From Phoronis australis (taxonomy: Eukaryota; Animalia; Phoronida), in the NCBI GenBank assembly GCA_002633005.1, contig NMRA01000207.1:646634-697779 (forward strand): DNA of 51,146 nt. Reading direction: 5' to 3'. The position numbers and the translations under genes were made by a program. Below the pieces are notes generated by a model. That model was not told where the DNA came from. It made no database searches and was given only the letters and a program-made list of their open reading frames with translations. Below are positions 46,574 to 51,146 of the stretch, piece by piece. The first letter of the stretch is position 1, and the number at the start of each line of letters is the position of its first letter.

Positions 46574-49500
46574 GTACAAACAATTGGTATTTTAATTCAC
46601 CTTTAATTCAAATTAAGAAGTGAATCCCAAAATACTTAATCATGCGTTCAGTGTTGGAGATGGGAAGGCTATGACAATTCTCCCCACATTCCTCAAAAAA
46701 TTAATGTCAAAATTGTCATTTTCCATTTTTTAACCTGATTACTTTACAGCAAATATTTGGAAATTGATGAAGAGTTGTTTTATGACATCAACACCTCTTA
46801 CAGACCATGCTAGTGACAGACTGAAAATTTTCGCAATATCTATTTTAGCCGATAAATTTGTCAAATTAGAATTTCACCTGCCGGCCATATTATATGCATA
46901 ACAAGTGAAAATTTACCATAATTCTTGTCAAATGTTAGTCGCCTTGGAAACATGGTTAAAAAAGGGAACCCGGCAGATTGTCAGTTGCTTGGACATGTGT
47001 AAGCCATGGAGGCCTGGACCATTGCACAAAACATGGTTTGTTAAAACTCATGAGAACCCTCGTATCCATTAGGCTCTTGCAGAGAGAGGTTGCAGAAGTC
47101 CATAGCCAAATAGGCCACACTTATTTGCTTTTGGTGCTTGGCATTTGAACCAAGTTAATGTTCATATGTAGCTTGGTTCAAGTTACTGTTCATACATAGC
47201 GTGGTTCCTGAAAAATCAGTGAATTTTGGGGTCATCACCTGGACATGAATGTAATGTAGTTACGTTATCAACCATTAGATGTCATTGCCTCACTTATTTA
47301 TGTAATCAAACAAATTGTGATATCTTGATAATGAACGCTATGACTCTTGCAGAATAAAAACTCTTAAGTTTCTCTTCAATCATTATCTATTTCAATTGCA
47401 CATAATCTTTCTCCATCAAACTTTATAATGACAAGATTTTCTAACAGTTAAAAATTATGTATTGTGTTCTCTGTTACTATGGTTTCTATTCCAGTAATGA
47501 ATTGTCTGAAGATGATAACTTGTCAATTTTTGGAAAATGTAACAATGGACATGGACATGGACATAACTATAAAGGTGAGCTTTAATACTCCGAAAATGTA
47601 ACAACCCCAATGGACATGGACATAATTATAAAGGTGAGCTTTAATACTCCGAAAAACCTGTCAGTGGTTAAACTTAAAAGGATATCAAAACTAATGTTCC
47701 CAATCCATCTAGTTCTCAGAAACTAGAATATAAATAGGTAAATAAAATAACAAGAATGGATCAATTGAAATTTTCTTATATAATAACATCCTTTGTCAAC
47801 AGAAACAGAAATAAAGTAAAATCAAACACTGTATGACAATTGACATTTATTTCTGTTTCTGTTGACAAAGGACGTTGTTATATCCGAAAATTTCAGTTGA
47901 TTCATTCTTGTTGTTTTATTTACCTATTTATATTCTACATTTCGTGAAACAATTATTTATAGTATCCTTGGGAGGATCTGGATCGCCTGCTTAACATTCA
48001 AGCATGACCTACGCTTAGGCAATAAAAGGCTTGAAAACATTTCTACGTTTGATTGGAAAAAATTATGTACTTTTAGACTAAGCCATTTTTGTCAATTTTC
48101 ATTAAGCACAGTTAGTATAAATTAACTTCAATTTTAAGTTAAGGAGACAATTACTTGCAATTAAGGTGATTTGATTACCTCTGTTACCATGGGTGACGCT
48201 TTTTTACATATCTTTTAAAATTTGAGATACAACTTGTCAATAAATGAAACTGTATAGTGTTCTAATTCTTGATGATCACAGAAAGCTACCGCGTGCACGG
48301 AAATAATGCCTTACTGTTTATGTCACGTGATTGAGTTTTTCTCAAAAAAATGCAATATTTCCAAGTTCAGTGCAGGGTAAGTCGTGGCTGTCATGTACAT
48401 GACAAATTTCACACGAAACTGGAAAATTCTTCTATTGGGTACAACTGGGTGTCTGGAAAAATTAGCTAGCCATTTACATGTAGGTCTATTTGGACCAAAA
48501 ACAAGTCGATGAGTTATGTTTTAAATGATATTTAAAGAAGTGTTACCCTTGGTAGCGGAAGTATCCAATTACCTCAAACAACACTGGATTTTCTAAGTTT
48601 TTGCTCATTTTCGATATAATGCTTGGAGTATTGTACATTCATTGGAAGGTGGTGGTAGTATTAGCCTAGCTACTAAATGACATTTCTTGTTTCAGTTAAG
48701 GTGACATTGAAAGGAAACGTCGACTCTGTCACTGGGATGGTCATCAATATTACCGATCTTAAAGGCTACATGAAGGTAGTAAACTGGGTTCAACTTTTAA
48801 TTAGCCAGCAACCCAAAGTCTTTCTGAATTATTTATTTTATATATAACTTATATATAATTTTCTTGTCCTAAATCAGAGCTCTGACATCATATAAATAAG
48901 AATTATTAGTGATCTGTAGTTATGTCTCAAAAAGATCTCCAGCCCCAACTCGGGCTCAAACTAGGGATGTTCTGTTAACTGTGCATATCCTCTTGTCCAC
49001 TGAAGTATTGGGACCACTGGTTAATTACAGAATTACAAAGACTAACAATAGAGAGGATTTTACCCAAACTTGACAGTGTGTAATTGTGCTCTTATATATC
49101 AGCATTTTGATATCGTATGTAAATAAGAATTATTAATCTTCATACACGCCATATGTTCCAAATTTACAAGCATTGCTCAGAGCTAAATGGAAACTACAAG
49201 AGACACCACTGTGTGGAATTCAGCGATCACTTCTGGATCATTTCACCATGGTAGTGCTGCAAACTTGATTTTGTTATAAAATAGGCGATTATTGAGCTTG
49301 GTAATATTGCTTGTGTCATCAGTGGACAATGCCATTACGTCACAGTGCTTGACGCTAAGCTAAATTCCAAGTCCCATTTGGCTAAAATCCCAGGTCGCCA
49401 AACGAAATCTGAGGCTGCCAAAAATGAAAATCTCATACGCCGAAATGAATTCTGGGGAAAAAGGTCGAACTTTGATACTCTCAGTGACGACTTTGTGGCG

Positions 49501-50060
49501 ACTTGGAATTTTTCCCAGGTCTCCAAACACAATCTGAGGCAAGTGGTCTCCAAATTGAGCACTGCTTTTGCTTCTGTCAGGTTGTAGGACCTTAAAGATA
49601 TAGTTAAATTTGGCAAACTTTGGAACATCATATCACAGAAATGGCTGTACGGATTCACGTGAAACTTTCAGATACTTTGCTTTATGCGTTGTCTTATAAA
49701 AAGTTTTAAATAATTGTTTTTAAAATGTTCCACTTTTTTATGCGAGTGGTTATCAAATAATAGAATTTTCATGAAAAAAAATCAAAAGATGTATTAAAAG
49801 AAAACAAAATGACAATTTAGAAAACTGTAGCAGCATTGAATATTATTTTGAAATGTTAGTTTTAAGTATTAAAAGGTACCATTTCTTTGATTCACACTTT
49901 TCTATGGATTTGGGCAGCCATGACTGAATAGCTTGGTATGTGTCCTGTGTTGCAAATGTCTTTTTATTCTTTATTTTGTTATCTTTCAGAAAGCAATAAT
50001 GGACCCTCTCGATCACAAAAATCTGGACAAAGATGTGCCGTTCTTTAAGGACAAAGTCAG
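46482..50060 (+). CDS. PTS: 6-pyruvoyl tetrahydropterin synthase, 3'-partial; exons 46482-46573, 47495-47574, 48696-48775, 49990-50060; last exon lies beyond the window
   Basis: Spliced translation [108 protein letters not shown] carries the PTPS motifs FSACHRL, C..GHGHNY, TGMV and LDHKNLD; GT-AG introns in phase. Confidence 0.96.
47495..47574 (+). CDS. PTS: PTS active-site exon (catalytic Cys, Zn-binding His pair)
   Basis: 80 nt, [19 protein letters not shown]|gtgagc donor. Confidence 0.93.
47533..47655 (+). repeat. 59-bp tandem duplication spanning the PTS active-site exon donor
   Basis: Copies 47533-47591 and 47592-47650 differ only by TGGACA vs CCCCAA and one C/T. Confidence 0.95.
47724..47937. 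mobile_element. Palindromic AT-rich MITE in a PTS intron
   Basis: ~90-bp arms TAGAATATAAATAGGTAAATAAAA...CCTTTGTCAACAGAAACAGAAATAAA around a ~30-bp loop. Confidence 0.8.
48696..48775 (+). CDS. PTS: PTS exon
   Basis: 80 nt, [27 protein letters not shown]. Confidence 0.95.
49343..49564 (+). mobile_element. CAG..CTG MITE-like element in a PTS intron
   Basis: CAGTGCT..AGCACTG termini; homologous copy near 40050-40142; no clear TSD. Confidence 0.55.
49990..50060 (+). CDS. PTS: PTS exon
   Basis: 71 nt, [24 protein letters not shown]. Confidence 0.96.
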
Positions 50061-50189
50061 GTACTTGATATATCCTTCCTTTCAGAAGCAAGCTGCATTG
50101 CAGTAAAGAAACAAGAAATCTAGAATTTGAAAGTCTTTGTTGTTCAGTGTTTTTTCAACAAACAAGTGACTTATTTTTACGCGGGGGGA

Positions 50190-50330
50190 GTGTTGTCACC
50201 CAGTGGTTAAAGTCAAAAATACAAAGATACACTACCTTGAGGTCTTGGGTATGATTACGGTCTTGTTGACCCATTTTCTTTCCTCGAGACTTTCAGCCTC
50301 ACACAGTTCCAACTAAAATGAACCCTTTTG
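50190..50330 (+). mobile_element. Possible degenerate tRNA-derived SINE
   Basis: A-box-like CCCAGTGGTTAAAG and decayed B-box-like GAGGTCTTGGGTATGATT; a similar relic lies on the minus strand near 48935-49015. Confidence 0.35.
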
Positions 50331-51146
50331 TTGGGAAACTACTGAGTAAAATAAGTATACTATGAAGAAACAAACCCTCAATACCTCCCATTGCCTACTG
50401 TGTTTCTCCAGTTTTAAAAGTGATCACTAAAATTTCAAATTAAATGTAGTCGCTTGCCATCACTTGGATTTAACGGTTCTTTGTTTAAGCAAGAAGACAG
50501 TACAGCCACGTCTGGATTTAAAAGCAATAATCATCCAAGTGTTAATTTGTTCTTATATTGTAGTTCTTGAATTGACAATAAACTGGCACAAAAAACAACT
50601 TTTCATTTAGACCATTTTTCGTATCAACATTTGTCTCAAATTCTTAACAAAGCAGCCGTTACAGTTCAACAATTAAACACTGGGCATACAATATCCAGCA
50701 AACCTACATAAATAGACTAAACGTAAAGCCTTAACTGAATTACATGTACTTACTGGAATTTTCCGCGTGGCCCAGCTTATAATTCCTCAGTCTAAAGAGC
50801 ATCACGACATGCCGAGAACCAATATTCGAAATGAGTGGTGTAAATGACTGCTCAAGGTAAAAACCATCAAACGGTGCTATGATTGGTTAGATTAAAATTT
50901 ATGGTAAAATATACTTAGCCAATAAATAATGACCTAGGAGTGGGGGTAGGTCACAATTACGATGCACTCTGGAAACGCCCTAAGCGTACACACAATGTCC
51001 CCAGTGAACATAAAGTATCCTAAACAGAGGACTAATGCTAGTGCATTAAATATAGTATAATGAAATTTAATTTTTTCAAATTTGGTGGGTTTGACTAGAC
51101 CTACTTATGGCTACATGGTGCTTTGGTGATGCTTACACTGTCTTGA

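Noticed and set aside
50061-51146. Final PTS exon (STTEN...ET)
   Set aside because: No matching sequence in the window; presumed to lie downstream

Overview
AT-rich invertebrate (metazoan) genomic DNA with spliceosomal introns and two N-gaps (20773-20920, 44651-44775). Most of the supplied ORFs are spurious, so I rebuilt the real genes exon by exon and checked splice phases. (1) A complete PIAS-family SUMO E3 ligase gene lies on the minus strand, ATG at 45781, with SAP, PINIT (PVNIT), SP-RING and SIM regions. It has two in-frame C-terminal options: a 757-aa read-through form (stop 25496) and a 641-aa form spliced through three more exons to a DVIPID* end (stop 12861). (2) A head-to-head 6-pyruvoyl-tetrahydropterin synthase (PTS) gene lies on the plus strand, ATG 46482, with its last exon beyond the window; an ETS-CRE motif and a YY1 motif sit between the two genes. 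(3) The first ~12 kb and the introns are full of transposon relics: a putative AcademH-like fossil (transposase-like plus RecQ-like helicase remnants, TAG..CTA ends, imperfect 10-bp TSD), CAG..CTG MITEs with 5- and 6-bp TSDs, a Harbinger-type MITE, AT-TSD elements, two THAP relics, a LINE 3' end, a Helentron-type element carrying an array of CTCF-like motifs, and a ~310-bp-arm foldback element. The most striking oddity is three separate short tandem duplications that each straddle a splice junction. One has left the conserved PTS active-site sequence CNNPNGHGH in the intron, while the exon encodes CNNGHGHGH. All family assignments come from motif recognition, not database searches.
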